Source: Octopus sinensis (lineage: Eukaryota). From it: a stretch of 64,000 bases of DNA. Made by a program: the position numbers and the translations under genes. The notes below the pieces were generated by a model that saw only the letters and a list, made by a program, of their open reading frames with translations, did not search any database and was not told where the DNA came from. Positions 63,244 through 64,000 of this stretch are shown in pieces. The stretch covers positions 30,566,001-30,630,000 of the forward strand of contig NC_043006.1 in the NCBI RefSeq assembly GCF_006345805.1, given 5' to 3'. Each line of letters begins with the position of its first letter. Within the stretch, counting starts at the first letter, position 1.

Positions 63244-63640
63244 CTTGAGTAACTGTGATGACTTTTGGTCGGTGTCCGCTCGGACAGTGCTGGCGAACCT
63301 TGTGAATTGTTTGGGTTTTATATCACCTGTTAGGTGGCCAGTCCAGCGGAACGTGACGTCATCAACGTTTTGACCAATCGTTTCGTTAGGTGGCTAGTCA
63401 AGCAGAACAGGACGTCATCAATATTATGACCAATCAGAATTGGGTCCGACCTATAGCTGTATTAGATCTGCCCCTTGTCTGTATCCCGTTAGGTGGCCAG
63501 TCCAGCGTAATGAGACGTCATCACTGCTTTGACCAATCATCCCGTTAGGTGGCCAGTCCAGCAGAACGAGATGTCATCAATGTTTCGATCAATCAGAATC
63601 GGGTCTGACCCTTAGCTGTATCGTATGTGGCCAGTCCATC
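63244..63640 (-). promoter_or_regulatory. CRE/CCAAT tandem array + TATAAAA + initiator + splice donor
   Basis: Units start at 63329, 63385, 63488, 63544; TGACGTCA 63354-63361; CCAAT at 63374, 63430, 63533; TATAAAA (minus) 63322-63316; CCA+1 at 63291; CAAG|GTAAAA at 63244/63243. Confidence 0.55.
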
Positions 63641-63785
63641 AGGATTAGATCTGTTCGATGAGATCTTTTTATAAATTTTTTTCCCCTTTTTTCCTTAGGC
63701 ATATTTCCGGCAGTGTGAGTGACTGTTTAAGGTAGCGGCCGTGGTGGAATTTCGCTTCTCCTTTTCGGAGGACCAATCTTTTGTT

Positions 63786-64000
63786 TTAATATTCCTGGCC
63801 CAGGGTGTTTAAACTTGGTCTAAATTTTTTGATGAAATACAGTTCTTTATTTTGGCGTTGCGTGAAGGTTGCGTTGTCACTGAATTTATAAAGCGGGTAA
63901 GTTGTAAATTTCAGATTTACATTTCCAGCACATCTATCTATGTGTCCGCTGACTGGTATTTTCCGGTATTCAGGGTTTCTAATTTGGGATTTATGCACCG
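63786..64000 (-). CDS. C-terminus of a Penelope-type GIY-YIG endonuclease (5'-partial, frame open past the window edge)
   Basis: VHKSQIRNPEYRKIPVSGHIDRCAG...FTTYPLYK...RQNKELYFIKKFRPSLN*: the H-x-x-Q-I...S-x-H and KE-x-YFI-x-KF-x-P-x-LN pattern of PLE endonucleases; no stop or frameshift in 71 codons. Confidence 0.75.
   Translation of the reverse strand, partial: VHKSQIRNPEYRKIPVSGHIDRCAGNVNLKFTTYPLYKFSDNATFTQRQNKELYFIKKFRPSLNTLGQEY

Larger units (their letters stand above)
62882..64000 (-). mobile_element. 3' part (ORF end + pseudo-LTR-like region) of a Penelope-like retroelement
   Basis: GIY-YIG C-terminus open to the window edge, then a CpG-rich promoter-like array, a hammerhead motif, and termination at a (TA)n tract. 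Confidence 0.72.

Noticed and set aside
63355-63420. UUGAUGA...GAAAC...GUC on the minus strand of the promoter array as further hammerheads
   Set aside because: U3 would face G8, no convincing stems I/II, and GAAAC occurs in only one unit; better explained as CRE/CCAAT sites.
63329-63640. CRISPR-like appearance of the 56-bp units
   Set aside because: The sequence between the conserved heads is itself homologous between units (no unique spacers), there are no cas genes, and the context is eukaryotic.
27361-64000. M-Ras exon 2 (expected VLDTAGQEEFSAMREQY)
   Set aside because: No matching sequence found by eye; probably outside the window. A tblastn with M-Ras would settle it. All statements about 'intron 1' depend on this.

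Overview
Eukaryotic, AT-rich, repeat-dense genomic DNA. The SINE/MITE repertoire looks like octopus (coleoid cephalopod); this is inferred from recalled repeat families, not from a search. Two host genes lie on the + strand. (1) The last nine coding exons (2563-9766, frame verified across all GT-AG junctions, 391 aa) of an IGF2BP/Imp four-KH RNA-binding protein, followed by about 3 kb with no recognisable transposon (probable long 3' UTR). (2) Coding exon 1 (27177-27360) of an M-Ras-type small GTPase; I found no exon 2, so the remaining 36.6 kb is probably one intron. The rest is SINEs (at least five families), TTAA-flanked MITEs, fragments of RTE, CR1/L2 and R4/Dong LINEs, two Tc1/mariner remnants, microsatellites, and the 3' end of a young-looking Penelope-like element (GIY-YIG) at the right edge. 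The most notable unexplained structures are self-cleaving RNA motifs. A type I hammerhead ribozyme with a perfect catalytic core lies sense in M-Ras intron 1 (29897-29972). A minimal hammerhead with a compensatory U3-A8 core pair lies in the Penelope terminal region (62984-63033, minus). A decayed third hammerhead is at 22072-22116. The Penelope end also carries a higher-order CRE+CCAAT array, TATA box, initiator and splice donor pointing antisense into the presumed M-Ras intron. Repeat boundaries are approximate (tens of bp); exon and ribozyme coordinates were counted base by base.
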